Of a stretch of DNA of 64,000 bases, positions 1 through 12,934 are shown in pieces. The position numbers and the translations under genes were made by a program. Under the pieces are notes generated by a model. The model ran no database searches. It was not told the DNA's origin and saw nothing but the letters and a program-made list of their open reading frames with translations. Numbering within the stretch: position 1 is the stretch's first letter; every line of letters begins with the position of its first letter. The stretch comes from Octopus vulgaris (Eukaryota): positions 27,652,001 through 27,716,000 of the forward strand of contig OX597815.1 of the NCBI GenBank assembly GCA_951406725.2, written 5' to 3'.

Positions 1-45
1 AGCCATAACCTTTGAACTCCTCAAGAGAGATGTTAACTTTACCAC

Positions 46-385
46 CATCATCATCATCGTTTAACGTCTGTTTTCCATGCTAGCATGGGTTGGACGGTTT
101 GACTGAGGTCTAGGAAACCAGGCTCCAGTCTGATCTGGCAGTGTTTCTACAGCTGGCTGCCCTTCCTTATGCCAACTACTCCATGAGTGTAGTGGGTGCT
201 TTTTACGTGCCATCAGCACAAGGGCCAGAGGAGGCTGACAATGGCCACAATCAGTTGGTGCTTTTTACATGCTACCAGCATGGACACCAGTCAAGGCGGC
301 GCTGGCAATGGTCACATTCAGATGGTGCTTTTTACGTGCCACCGGCATGGGTATCACAACTACAATTTCCATTTGATTTTGATTT
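46..385 (-). mobile_element. RTE LINE 3' UTR fragment with GAT tail
   Basis: (CAT)n-cgtttaacgtc...ccatgctagcatgggttggacgg and three ggtgcttttac units; same family as 42372-42780. Confidence 0.8.
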
Positions 386-981
386 TGATTTTACCATGTC
401 TATATCATTAGTTCTAGATGGCCAGTGAAAGCTATTGGTGCAGCTCTTTCCACCAGAGAATCAAAAATAAAAATAGAAATTCGTTTGTGCCCATGTTTTT
501 CATTCAGGTGTCAACCTGCAGAATGTCAAGATGAACTTCAATTACATCATTTCCATCAATCTAAATAAATCTATGAAGCCATAAGAACTCTCCTTCCTAC
601 CTCCAGCAATGAAGCTATTTCATGAAAATAGCCAATTAAAGATTAGAGATTGTGTTACTCATCATTCACACAACATACATCACATTCTTGCTGCCTTATA
701 TAATGGTGCAGGCATGGCTGTTGGTAAAGAAAATTGCTTCATAACCATATGCATGTCATTTTTGGCAAGTGTCTTCTGCATCAGGCTCAGACCAACCAAT
801 GCCTTGTGGGTGAAATTTGATAGACAGAGACTGTATGTGTATGTTTATATTGACACTAGGTGAAAACTGGTAGATTCAAACAGAAACGCATTGTGATATT
901 TATGTCCAACTGAGTTGTCTTCTCTTATGCCAATGTCATCTGCTTTGCATTTCGTGTCTTCTATCAAGAATAAATGATGCA

Positions 982-1264
982 GTGGAGGTACATGGCCTAG
1001 TGGTTAGAGCAGTGGACACACGGTCGAGGGATCACAGGTTCAAATCTCAGACCGAGCGATGTGTGTGTTTATGAGCTCCACACAGCTCCGGCAGAAGAAA
1101 ATGGCAAACTTCTGCTGACACTTTCGCCACAACTTTCTCTTACTCTTTCCTCCTGCATGTTGCAGCTCACCTGCGACGGACTAGCGTCCCGTCCAGGTGG
1201 GGAACCTATACGCCAAGGAAACCGGCCCTAATGAGCCAGGTATGGCTTGAGAAAGAACAAACAA
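982..1264 (+). mobile_element. tRNA-derived SINE family C (related copy at 27472-27770)
   Basis: tggcctagtggttagagcagtggac...ggttcaaatctc head; shared body cgccacaactttctct. Confidence 0.75.
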
Positions 1265-1946
1265 AATAAATAATGCAGCAAGGCACAGTACTAGTGTCAA
1301 TATAATCAAGTATAAAATTCTTGAAAGCTGTGCTCCAGCATGGCCTCAGACCATTGACTGAAACCAGAAAAGAGAGAAAAAAAATGAATGTTGCGCACTG
1401 CATCCTAGATGCGTTCTGTGTGGTTATTATAGCAGCCAGAGCATGTTACCATTTTGACTGCTGACAGTTCTGTGTGGATATGTCTGGAGTTTTTGCTATT
1501 GATTGTTGCTCGGTTCGGCAAGGTAGAATGGGGTGTATCAGCTACTACTAAACCTAATTCTTCAGAATTTATTATTGGTCTTCTGCAATTTAGAGAAAGA
1601 ATTATCTAGAAAAGAAATTACATTGTGTGTGTGTGTGTGTACACGTTATGTATGCATGTGTGTCTGTCAGAAGAGAAGAGACAATAATTTTGGAATGGTG
1701 TTGCCAGTATTTATAGATAGTGATATAAATAACCTTAAAAGACCGATGATCTTCAGGCTGAGCTATGCAGGCGCAGGCATGGCTGTATGGTTAAGAAGCT
1801 TACTTCCCTGCCATGTGGACTCAGATTCAGTCCCACAACACAGCACCTTGGACAAGTACCTTCTGCTGCTATAGTTCCAGGTCAACCAAAGCCATGTGAG
1901 TCGATTTGGTAAACAGAAACTAAAAGAATCCCATTGTGTGTGTGTG

Positions 1947-2270
1947 AAGGCACATGGCTTAGTGGTTAGGGTATTCGGCTTACAATCGTAAGGTTGCAAG
2001 TTCAATTCACAACTGCATGTTGTGTCATTGAGCAAGACACTTTATTTCACGTTGCTCCAGTCCACTCAGCTGGCAAAAATGAGTAGTACCTGTATTTCAA
2101 AGGGCCAGCCTTGTCACACTCTGTTTCACGCTGAATTTCCCTGATAAGTTTGTGAAGAGGTATGCGTGTCTGTGGAGTGCTCAGCCACTTGCATGTTAAT
2201 CTCACAAGCAAGCTGTTCTGTTGATTGGATCAACTGGAACACTCGTCATCATAAGCGACAGAGTGCCAGT
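1947..2270 (+). mobile_element. tRNA-derived SINE family D
   Basis: tggcttagtggttagggtattcggc...agttcaattc head; its 3' body resembles the degenerate segments at 25585-26815 and 28853-29458. Confidence 0.7.
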
Positions 2271-3360
2271 AATATATCGATATATATATATATATATATA
2301 TTTCTTTACTGCCTATAACGGGCTAAACATAGAGGGGACAATCAAGGACAGACAAACGGATTAAGTCGATTACATCGACCCCAGTGCCAAACTGGTACTT
2401 TATTTATCAACCCCGAAAGGATGAAATGCAAGGTCGACCTCGGCGGAATTTGAACTCAGAACGTAACGACAGACGAAATGCCGCTAAGCATTTCACCCAG
2501 CATGCTAACATTTCTGCCAGCTCGCCGCCTTGATGATGGTGATGGTGATGGCGGTGGTGGTGGTGGCGGTTTATGTAGTGGTCCAATCTTCTGAACCACT
2601 TCTCTTTATAATCACCTTCCTATGCTTGTGGATATACCCTGACACCTCTGTATCATTTTCCTTCCTTTTCTAACTAAGGTAGCCAAGTATCTCTCTCTCT
2701 CTCTCTATCATACTTCAATCTCTCTTCGCTTGGCATAAAGCCACCTTTTTCAATACTACACCCGCCTCAGTTGAAGAGTCTTACTATACATGTAACTAGT
2801 GCTGGTATCATGTGTAAAAAGTACCTGATAAACTCTGTGAAATGGTTGGCATTAAGAAGAGCACACAGTCATGGAAACTTAGCCAAAGCAGACACTGGAG
2901 CTTGACACAGCTCTCTGGCACATTGGTGCTTGTCAAACCATCCAACACATGCCATCAAAGAAAATGAATTTTAAACAATGATGATGAAATTGTAGTAGCT
3001 ATGTTGATGGGGATGATTTTGGCAGCAGTGATGGTTATATTGTTATTCTTAGGAATGATGAAAATGGTGTCAGTAAAGTGGTTACGATGATGATGACGAC
3101 GATGACAATGAGTGTGTCCTTCAGTTCTATAGACATGAACTATCATTCATACTTTAGTCTGCCAAATTATTTCCAGTTGTTTATACTTAAAACTGTTCAG
3201 TGTGCAGGTTTTTAACCCAAATATATCACATTGCTGTTCTCATATGTAACATAACTTTTACAGTTGTCTAAATTTATCTCAACTCTATCTTCTAGTGAAA
3301 ACATATTACATAACTGTGAAGACAATCTAATTTTAACTTGGCTTATTTTCTATTTAACTT

Positions 3361-3905
3361 AAGTGCGTGCACATGCGCGTACGTGTCAGTGCGCATGCGC
3401 GAATATTTGCTAGCGCATGCGTGTACGTGTGCTTGCGCGTATGTGTGGATGCACATGCGCGAACGTGTCAGTGCGCATGCGCGTACGTGTAAGAACGCAT
3501 GCGCGAATGTTTGCTTGCGCATGCGCGTACGTGTAGGTGCGCATGCGTGTATGTGTGAGTGCCCGTGTGCCAACGTGTAAGTGCGCATGTGCGAACATGT
3601 AAGTGCACATGCGCGAACGTTTGCTTGCACGTACATGTGGGTGTGAGTGCGCATGCGCGAACGTGTAAGTTCGTGTGCGTGCGCATGTGCGAACGCGTGA
3701 GTGCGCATGCGCGTACTTGTGCGTGCGCTTGCGCGAAGGTGTGCTTGCGCAAACGTGTAAGTACGTGTGCGTGCGCATTCGCAAACGTGTATATGTGTGA
3801 ACGTGTAAGTGCGCATGCGTGAACGTGTAAGTGCGCATGCAAGAACGTGTAAGTGCCCATGCGCGAACGTGCGCGTGCATGTACATGTGCAACGGACACG
3901 CACGT
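3361..3905. repeat. CpG-rich alternating purine-pyrimidine minisatellite (~20-22 bp unit aacgtgtaagtgcgcatgcgcg)
   Basis: Directly visible degenerate tandem units, with five exact TGCGCATGCGCG copies. Confidence 0.9.
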
Positions 3906-4230
3906 AAAAGCACCATCCGTTCGTGTCTGTTGCCAGCCTCGCCTGGCCCGTGCCGGTGGCACGTAAAAGCACCATTAGTTCGTGTCCGTTGCCAGCCTCA
4001 CCTGGCCCCCGTGCCGGTGGCCGTTTGCCAGCTCCGTCTGGCACCTGTGCGGGTAGCACGTAAAAAGCACCCACTACACTCACGGAGTGGTTGGCGTTAG
4101 GAAGGGCATCCAGCCGTAGAAACACTGCCAGATCAGACTGGGCCTGATGCGGCCTTCCGGCTTCACAGACCCCAGTTGAACCGTCCAACCCATGCTAGCA
4201 TGGAAAGCGGACGCTAAATGATGATGATGA
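3890..4230 (+). mobile_element. RTE LINE 3' UTR fragment
   Basis: gcacgtaaaagcacc units, ccgtccaacccatgctagcatgg and a gatgatgatga tail. Confidence 0.8.
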
Positions 4231-4607
4231 TAACTTTGACAGATGTCCGAGTTTAACTATGCAGCATCTTCTTAACTACTCTCTGTAAAATGTGTTCTTC
4301 AGTTGCCAAGTTCTAATGAAAATCATGGTTTAGTACATAGTTTTACATTCTACAGATGGAATGAAAAATACTAAATGATATACTGGTTCCATAGAAAATG
4401 TCCGAACTATAACAATAATTTAAATTTTCCAGTCTCTTAATTACACCTTAATGTGTTTATATTAGGAATGTTGAACTACAGTATTAAAAAAATAGGGTTT
4501 TTAAGTTCAAATTAGATTAGGGAAAAGACAAAACAAAAGAAAATATAAATAAAATAAAATGCGAAAGATGCAGTTAATAGTCCAGATAATAAAAAACATA
4601 ATTCACC

Positions 4608-4890
4608 AGCATGAGGGCCAGTCAGGCGGTACTGGCAACGGCCACGCATAAAAAGCACCATTTGAGCGTGGCCGTTGCCAGTACTGCCTGACTGGCCCTC
4701 GTGCCAGTGGCACATAAAAGCACCCACTACACTCCCAGAGTGGTTGGTGTTAGGAAGGACATCCAGCTGTAGAAACTCACCAGATCAGATTGGAGGCTGG
4801 TGTAGCCACCTGGTTCACCAGACCTCAGTCAAATCGTCCAACCCATACTAGCATGGAAAGCGGATGTTAAACGATGATGATGATGATGAT
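4608..4890 (+). mobile_element. RTE LINE 3' UTR fragment
   Basis: Same family as 3890-4230, with a (GAT)n tail. Confidence 0.8.
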
Positions 4891-5069
4891 TTCAGTAAGT
4901 TTGAAATGTGGACATACAGAAAATGTACTGTAAACTCCCACTTCTGTCTTGTTAACTGAGGAGGAGGAGCAGTTATTATGTGTGTTACTGTCCCCTTGCT
5001 TTGAGATCACATGATTGTTGTAAATGAGTGTTACTGATTCCAATGTTCTGTGGGAATATGTCTGGTCAT

Positions 5070-5302
5070 GGGGACGAGCTGGCAGAACCGTTAGCACACC
5101 GGGCGAAATGCGTAGCCGTATTTCATCTGCCGTTACGTTCTGAGTTCTAATTCCACCGAGGTCGACTTTGCCTTTCTTCCTTTTGGGGTCGATAAATTAA
5201 GTACCAGTTACGCACTGGGGTCGATGTAATCAACTTAATCCGTTTGTCTGTCCTTGTTTGTCCTCTCTGTGTTTAGCCCCTTGTGGGTAGTAAAGAAATA
5301 GG
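5070..5302 (+). mobile_element. SINE family A (also 2300-2530 on -, 28940-29358 on +, 50174-50410 on +)
   Basis: Multi-copy gagctggcagaa...gagttcaaattccgccgaggtcgactttgcctttcatcctttcggggtcgataaattaagtacc...aaagaaataggt, with pol III A/B-box-like head. Confidence 0.85.
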
Positions 5303-5447
5303 TAATATTACCTTACTTGGAAATAGGTGAAGGTTGGCAAAAGGAAGGGCATCTGACCATAGAAAATCCACCCCAACAAAGTCCATTTCGTCTGTGTGAG
5401 TATGGGAAAATGGACATTAAAACACTGTTTTGTTAGAGACCAGAGGT

Positions 5448-5674
5448 TTAACGCTTTAGTGTTTAAACTGGCCATATCCGGCCGAAGTTTTCTACCTATT
5501 TTATGTTTAAACTGACCAGATCAGGCCTCTCACACCTAACCTACATTGACATTCTAAAAATGAACAATTATGTCATTGAAACCTCAAAGCTATAAGATAT
5601 TGCATGATTAATTAAAAACAATTTGAGTAAAAAAATATTACATTTAACAGAGTAAGCTGAACATTAAAGGGTTA
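5448..5674. mobile_element. Second TTAA MITE family (relatives at about 24705-24895, 29810-29995, 34771-35050, 46486-46700)
   Basis: ttaacgctttagtgtttaaactggccatatccggcc ... taaagggttaa; body shared among copies. Confidence 0.7.
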
Positions 5675-6439
5675 AAGAAAAATTAAATTGAGTTAGAGGT
5701 CCCAGAGGGTGTGGTTTTGGAAGGGGATTTGGATAATATTAGGGAAATATGGGGTCTGGAGACGCAGATTGCAGTGGTGATCATGGGGGAAAGAGATATG
5801 TGCACTAACGTTCAGCATGTTGAGAAAAACACTGACTAATTTAATAGAAGAAACATTAATTGACTAAAACTTATAAACTGTTGGTGTATTAAAAAGTCAT
5901 TTATCAGACTGGCTGTTAGATCTCCTGGTTCATTGTATATCAGTTTTTATTCTCTTGGGAATTATAGTGCGTCTTAAGAAGAGAACTCAGCTTGCTTTTA
6001 TCATCTAGCAAGAAATTAGCTGTTGGTGTGAGATGACTAGGATGGGTGAAAGAATGCCATAATTAGCTGGATAATTAACAAGTGGCTGTGAGAGAGAGGC
6101 AGGAGGGGGAGACTTCTAGTTTGAGTTCAAAGACACAAGAAAACTGGAGAAGACTAATTTTGAGAGTATCAGTACAGCACGTGGATTCATATTCATATAT
6201 ATTTAGTCTTGTTATGAAATTAAGTCTAATACACAGGGTGATTGAACGCACTTAAATATGAGACTATATATTTATTCATATTGGTAAACTAGCAATTATT
6301 GCCATCAACCATGTAAATAAGTTGTGGCTAAGCATACATTTGTTTACGTTCTCAGGTAGTTTTCTTCTTTATATACTCAGTATCTGAGGAAGAAAGAGAA
6401 AGCAGATCCTGATGTATTCTTAATTAAGGAGTCGCCATG

Positions 6440-6598
6440 ATAGATCGTTAGCCTTGTTTTTTCTGTGTCCCTTTCTGTAGAAGAGCGTAGGCTCAAAACG
6501 TCGAAGACTTTTTCTATTCCTGAGCGTTATACTAACACATCTGTTTGTTTTGTACACCACCTGTCTTCGTCTTTTGTTTTTTTCGTAAACTCTCCCTA
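6440..6598 (+). mobile_element. Possible Penelope-like terminal fragment
   Basis: gaagagcgtaggctcaaaacgtc (gagc/gctc hairpin followed by a decayed GAAAC) and a T-rich tail. Confidence 0.3.
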
Positions 6599-7823
6599 TT
6601 CTTAATAATTATTGAAATCAGTTGATTCCATCTTCATCTTCAGCTACTAAAATGACCTTCACTGGCCTTCATTTTTCCACAAGGAGCTAAATACATCTAT
6701 AACTTCTTAAACTTGGCTAATGTTTCCTAATATATTAAAATGTTCAACATCAGAAAACTATATTTTTTCTGGTGATACTTCAGTTTCACCATAACCCGCT
6801 GCTAGAACCAGTAAAAGAGAATTTGCAGGTATAACTTCTCAAAAACAAACATTTTTAAAAGGAACAAACTTGGTCAAAGTAAGTAGTGTGATTTTGTACA
6901 ATCTCGGTTGGTTTTTCACACTTTATAATATCAGATTCCAAGATTTGATCACCAAAGACTAGATTTTTGGATTCACTTTGTGCCATATTCCTGGCAATAT
7001 GACAATAACCTCTTTTTCTTTCACTGCAGTTACACCTCATGGGGTGAAAGCAATATTGTTTTTCTTTCTGCAAAGAAAACTAGCATCTGTTTCAGTTGAT
7101 TAACTGAGTTAATGAGATTGAAAAGTGGTGATAATTCTTCTTCATGATTATCATTTCCATGCTGGCATGGGTTGGACATTTTGACAGGATCTGGCAAGCT
7201 GCAGGGCTGCATCAAGCTCCAGTGTCAGCTTTGCTGTGTTTTCTATAGCTGGGTGCACTATTTTGTGCCACCAGCTAAGTTGCGAGACAGAGAAGAACAG
7301 AAAGGGGGAAGAAGAAAAATATTCACCGCCCTCTTAGGTGAAGGTGGTATTATGCCAAGCACTGAGGGGCTAAAATGTATGATAGATGGCCAAGCACAGG
7401 CGTTTTGCTATGAAAGAGATACAAGGTCACACAACATTATATAAGGACACAAACCATAGTAGGTAGGGAGGAAAAAAAAGATGGTAGCAATGAGATGCCA
7501 AAGCAAAGCTTCAGTACAAAAAGGTGGGTATAAGAGAGGATATGGTCAGTGGGGGGGGTGATAAGAATGATAGGGAGAGATGGGATTAGAGCTGAATGTC
7601 TTGAGTGATGAACAAAGGCGAAGGTGCATTTAGTTGAGAGATATAGCATGGCTCAGAAAGGAAGATAAATCAGAATTATTAATAATTAATCAGTGCACAC
7701 GCGCTTTGTATTAGCTTCCCATATTCGTAATATCAATGTGGTTGATGTTCATGATACAGCTTTAATCCCAGTTTGCTATCACTTTTAGTTTAAAGCTAAA
7801 TCTATATAAATCCTTTTACACTT

Positions 7824-7827
<4 letters not shown>

Positions 7828-7856
<29 letters not shown>

Positions 7857-8019
7857 GTTTAGCATCCGCTTTCCATGCTAGCATGGGTTGGACGGTTCAA
7901 CTGGGGTCTGGGAAGCCAGAAGGCTGCACCAGGCCCAGTCTGATTTGGCAATGTTTCTATGGCTGGATGCCCTTCCTAATGCCAACCACTCCGAGAGTGT
8001 AGTGGGTGCTTTTTACGTG
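7828..8019 (-). mobile_element. RTE LINE 3' end
   Basis: Long (ATC)n followed by gtttagcatccgctttccatgctagcatgggttggacgg. Confidence 0.8.
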
Positions 8020-8599
8020 GAAATCTAATATTGTTTTTAATTAATGAGGCATGTTGTAGAATTATAGAGAAAAGAAATATGAACTTGTTGCATTCTTTTC
8101 TGATGTCTTCAAGAATACTTCGTTATGTAAAGGAATCAATCAAAATTAATGAACATATCCCATTGTTTACACCATGAAACTACTACATAACATCGACTAT
8201 AAATCAATATAAGTTTTCTTTGTTTCTTAACAATTGTCCACCATGTAATAATCTTTTGATCATTGTTTGGTCATACATTTTGTTTTGTTTTGTTTTGTTT
8301 TTTTGGTTTTCTTGTCATTTTGGAACACTTATACATTGATGTACTTTAAGGAACTTATGACTTACATTACATATTAATTTAAAGTTGCAATGTTACTGAG
8401 TATTTTAAGAATTATACTGTCAAGACAGGTAGTCTACTGTTGAGTTATTGGTTTTCGTACCTATGGTAACAGTTGGAACTCTCAAATATCTTGGATATTG
8501 GGTTACAGTCATAATATTTAGAGATTAAGAATGAGCCTTGATACTTATCATGAAACTGGAAAAAACATTTTAAATTCTTAAATTTTCTATTGTTTCTTT

Positions 8600-9003
8600 T
8601 ACTCTCTCTCTCTTTTATTTGTTTCAGTCATTTGACTGCGGCCATGCTGGAGCACCGCTTTTAGTCAAGCAAATCGACCCCGGGACTTATTCTTTGTATG
8701 CCCAGTACTTATTCTATCGGTCTCTTTTGCCGAACCGCTAAGTGACGGGGACGTAAACACACCAGCATCGGTTGTCAAGCAATGCTAGGGGGACAAACAT
8801 AGACGCACAAACACACGCACACACACATATACATATATACGACAGACTTCTTTCAGTTTCCGTCTAACAAATCCACTCACAAGGCATTGGTCGGCCTGGG
8901 GCTATAGCAGTAGATACTTGCCCAAGATGCCACGCAGTGGGACTGAACCCGGAACCATGTGGTTGGTTAGCAAGCTACTTACCACACAGCCACTCCTGTG
9001 CCT
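8600..9003 (-). mobile_element. tRNA-derived SINE family B (also 25082-25492, 49560-49917, 50539-50865 on -; partial copies 705-845, 1768-1940, 26960-27270 on +)
   Basis: Head on the - strand aggcacaggagtggctgtgtggtaag...ccgggttcagtcccac (A and B boxes), internal (TA/TG)n; multi-copy. Confidence 0.85.
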
Positions 9004-9472
9004 ACACATTTATTTAGTCTCTCTACATTTATTTTGAACAAGTTAGTTTTATAAATTTAATAAATTATTACTGATATTAGACAATGCTTAACTCTGTACA
9101 CTCATCACTCTGTCACTGATAGAATTTCAACCTTTAATCTAAATCTAACAGTACAATATTTGACAATTCCTATTAACATCTCAAAAACTATGATGGCTCT
9201 TTGATCTCTAATTACTGGTATATTTATGTTTTTATTATATCTGCTACATATCATTGTGTATTCTTGAGAAATTATAATATATGAAAATATCTTTTCATAA
9301 AATTTTACTTTCATTTCTGTACAGGGCATATAGCCTTGGTATCAGACTCACCATTCTCTGCCATTAGTTGTAGTTTTCACTTTAGTTTCCTGTGAGACCT
9401 ACTTGCTAGTATAAAATATTTTTTCTCAATCATGTGTTCAAAATTTTCTATCTTTAATTTTTCTATTTTCAG

Positions 9473-10708
9473 GCACCAGGGAAAGGTCTTGTCCGACCAA
9501 TTGCTTTCAAACCAGTAGTATCCAACCGATACGTAAAAAGAAGCAATAGTCAGAGTTACCATGACCAGAAACATCCTACGATGGATGATGGATATGGGTC
9601 ACAAGAGTGCAATTTGCTTAATCAGAGCTCTGCAAATGTATTGCCCAGCTCTCATCCAACCAACAACAGTGACCCGTCCAGCAGTTTTCCTAGTGAATTG
9701 CGGGCTTCTGACCATGCAGATCCTCTCCGAACATCGAGCGTGAGTCATTTGTCCAGCAGTCGACTAGGAAACTGTATAGACACACCTTCTCCTAGTGACA
9801 GTGGTGTTGGAGAATTGGAGGCCATGTTGAAAGAAAAAGAACATGAAATAATGGCTCTTAGAGAAGTGATGGATAAGAATGAAAGAGCTATATTCCAAGT
9901 CTATGAAGAACAAAAGAATTTATGGCACAACGAACTTAAGGACCTCAAAGAAGAATATGAAAAGCGAAACCAAGTACAACAAAAGAAATCTGCTAAGTAT
10001 GAACAATCAGTTGGAGTGCAAGTTCAGATTCTGCAACAAGAAAAGAACAAACTACAAGAGCTTTACAATGAATTGTTGAAAGAAAGAGAAAGTTTATTAC
10101 ATAAAACTGAAGAGTTAAAAAAACAGTTGGAGTTTACAAAATGTCAACTAGAAATATCTAGATCTGAGTTGCAGAAAACTACTGAGTTTTCACAGAAATT
10201 ATTGAAAGCGAGTCATAGAACAAACACTCTAAAGGCTCAAAAGAGAAACAGCATGGATAATTCAGACAAAGCAACTGATGAGGCTTCTGGGGAAGAAGCC
10301 CATTCACACAGAATGAGTCTTCTTGCTTGTTCTCATGCAAATTATTCCATAGAACACTGTGATGTTGCTTGCCAGACTGAAAATTTGTCAGACAATATGG
10401 CTTTTGGCTGTGCTGATCCGTCTTTGTGTTCAGTAAGGAGCAAACTAATTGGTGAACTGCAATGGGAACTACAGCAATATAAAGAACAAGTAGGTATGCA
10501 CAAGAAAGACTTTGAGCACGAACGAGACCAATGGCTTGAAGAAAAAAGTAAGGTGATTCGCTATCAGAAGCAGTTGCAGCTCAACTACATCCAAATGTTT
10601 CGTAAAAATAAAAATCTTGAGGCAGAAGTTGAGCAGCTGACTCTTGATCTTGAGAATAGAGACTTAAAACTTTTAGCCCTAAATGGTGCTGAAGAGTCTG
10701 TTTGCTAG
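9473..10708 (+). CDS. LZTS: Terminal coding exon of an LZTS/Fez1-family (leucine zipper putative tumor suppressor / N4BP3-like) coiled-coil protein
   Basis: Acceptor ttttctattttcag at 9459-9472. The frame opens APGKGLVRPIAFKPVV (LZTS RPxAFKP motif), includes PSPSDSGVGELE, a long coiled coil and WLEEKSKVIRYQKQLQLNYIQMFRKNKNLE, and ends EESVC-TAG. Upstream exons were not identified. Confidence 0.9.
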   Translation, partial: APGKGLVRPIAFKPVVSNRYVKRSNSQSYHDQKHPTMDDGYGSQECNLLNQSSANVLPSSHPTNNSDPSSSFPSELRASDHADPLRTSSVSHLSSSRLGNCIDTPSPSDSGVGELEAMLKEKEHEIMALREVMDKNERAIFQVYEEQKNLWHNELKDLKEEYEKRNQVQQKKSAKYEQSVGVQVQILQQEKNKLQELYNELLKERESLLHKTEELKKQLEFTKCQLEISRSELQKTTEFSQKLLKASHRTNTLKAQKRNSMDNSDKATDEASGEEAHSHRMSLLACSHANYSIEHCDVACQTENLSDNMAFGCADPSLCSVRSKLIGELQWELQQYKEQVGMHKKDFEHERDQWLEEKSKVIRYQKQLQLNYIQMFRKNKNLEAEVEQLTLDLENRDLKLLALNGAEESVC

Positions 10709-12879
10709 TCACCTTCCAATTTCAGACTCTTATCAAAACCAAGTATTAAATTTTAGACTGTACGCTTAGTACTTTTTTTAATTTCACATTCTATGCACTT
10801 TGCTGCTTCTGATGCTCCTGTTTTCATTTTTTTTTCTTTGTCATCTAAGATTTACAAGATAAGGATAATCCCTATAAGGATTATCTAGTCACTATGATTA
10901 TCATTATCTTTACTTAAAATTATTAATATTATTATTATTGTTATTGGAGAGACACAATATCCAATCATGTGTTCATATCCCACAGTAGGCATTGTCTTGT
11001 GTCCCTGGGCAAGACACTTAACTCCACTTGCCTAAGACTTCATGCCTGATTAAGAAATTGTTATTGTTATTATCTATTTTTTTTACTAAAAAAAACACGA
11101 CAGAAAAATCAAAGTAAATAATTATTTAACATATTCTATATCAGATTATATTATTCATTATTTATTTTTATCACTTTTAAGTAATTATTTTTATGATATA
11201 TTGGTCTTTCCCCCAGAATCACTCCATCCCTTCATTTTTCTGCCTCTTCACTCTTTAGAATGAGCAGCAACCATTTAAGCATGTTTCATGCCTATCAAAC
11301 AAACTTGTTGAATTAAGTTACAAATTTATCTAAGCAGAATTGTCAAATCCATTTACATGAATCCTTAGCCACCATGTTCGGTTTTTGTTTCTCTTTCAAA
11401 TCTGATATGTTTATTATTTCTTTCTGTAGAAACAAATCTAGGTTAGAGAATTAATAGATGTAAAAAGTAAAGATAGGAGTAAATAGCTGAATGTATTCAT
11501 AATGATGCTGTTGCTGCTATTGATGATAACATTTCTTGTGTGTGCATGAAGCTGCTCAATCTTAAATAAGGAAAGAAAATGAGAAAATAGAACTCTCATG
11601 CATTCTAACAATATTAGCAGTCCTAAAAAATGTAACTGAATCAGATCCACCAAGAATCATATTCTGGATGTAAGAGCTGACCATAACACTGTACTGCCTG
11701 TTGCCAATCATCATATTGATTTCTAAGACAGGCACAAAACCTGAAGTGTGAAAAGAGGAGCATTGTCTGATTATTTCAGTTGAAGTACTTGACTGAAACG
11801 TATTTTATTAACCTCGGAGGTTTAAATGGTGAAATCGGCCTTAGCAAGATTTGAACTGAAAATGTAAAGAATCATAACAAAATATTGCAAGGCATTTTAT
11901 CGTAATCATGATATTAATAATATTAAACAAAGATAAATAATAATAAGGTCTTTAATTTCTACAAGACTTATGAAAAAGAAAACATCAGAACATAAGGCAT
12001 GGGATATGATGGTTACGTTGAATATAAATTATAAAAATATAAAAAACTATAGAATAAAGTTAAGATTATAATAATAACTAAATTTATACTTTGTTATTTT
12101 CTTTCTGTAGATGTAAACATACATAGCTCTATCATCAGTGTGATAGATATTATACAATTCCTTCATATAGTAAAGCAATTTTCAACGTTGCTCAACATTA
12201 GCTCGTCAAATGGTTAGTGTTTTCTTCATGAGATATTAGTTAATTCACCTTTAATTAACTCGGTAGATCTTTAATGGGAGCCTTAATGATTGCTTCAGTA
12301 ATTCAGACCCTCCACTGTTACTAGATCTAAATCAATTTTTGCCATCAAATATGGTTGATTGCAATTGGTGATCAAATCAAGGCTTTCCCGATCTGCCTCT
12401 TTGGTGACCGTCCTTTTAACTAACCCTTTCAATGTAGTTTTTCCACAGAGATTTGTGTTACTTGTCCATAAAATTTGTGCTTGTGCCACTTGAACATTTT
12501 TCAAGTCTGAGTTCAGTTCCTAATTTCTTGCAACTGTAGTGACTTGCCTGTAAGCATTTGCATTTCTTATAAGCAATTCTATAAAAAAAAAAACAGAAAA
12601 AGAAAATCATCTGTAACAGTTGATAAACCTGTTCAGTGTCCAGTTGTTAGACATTAGAATGGACACATCACCATCATTTAGTTTAATCAAGCTCAATGCC
12701 TAGTAAGACTATTATTTGTTGATCCTTTTTAACTATATGTGAAGTAACTGGGATATTTGCTGCTGTCAACATACACACACCATCACTAAATACCAGAATT
12801 TATAGGGCTTCAGTCAATATATATGTTCTACTTACATATTTGTTGAATATATATATGTATATATGAATATATATGTATA

Positions 12880-12930
<51 letters not shown>

Positions 12931-12934
<4 letters not shown>

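Noticed and set aside
982-1055. tRNA-like sequences (also at 1947, 8930-9003 and 27472)
   Set aside because: SINE heads with A/B boxes that run into repeat bodies and lack a complete cloverleaf.
3338-4188. Overlapping His/Arg/Cys-rich ORFs of up to 281 aa
   Set aside because: Translations of the RY minisatellite and adjoining LINE 3' UTR; open in several frames on both strands.
6470-6510. Second hammerhead ribozyme
   Set aside because: Both core boxes are broken (no intact CTGANGA; AAAA in place of GAAA). At best a dead relic.
9581-9583. ATG as the start of a single-exon 375-aa gene
   Set aside because: The frame and a conserved LZTS motif extend upstream to a good splice acceptor at 9472, so this Met is internal.
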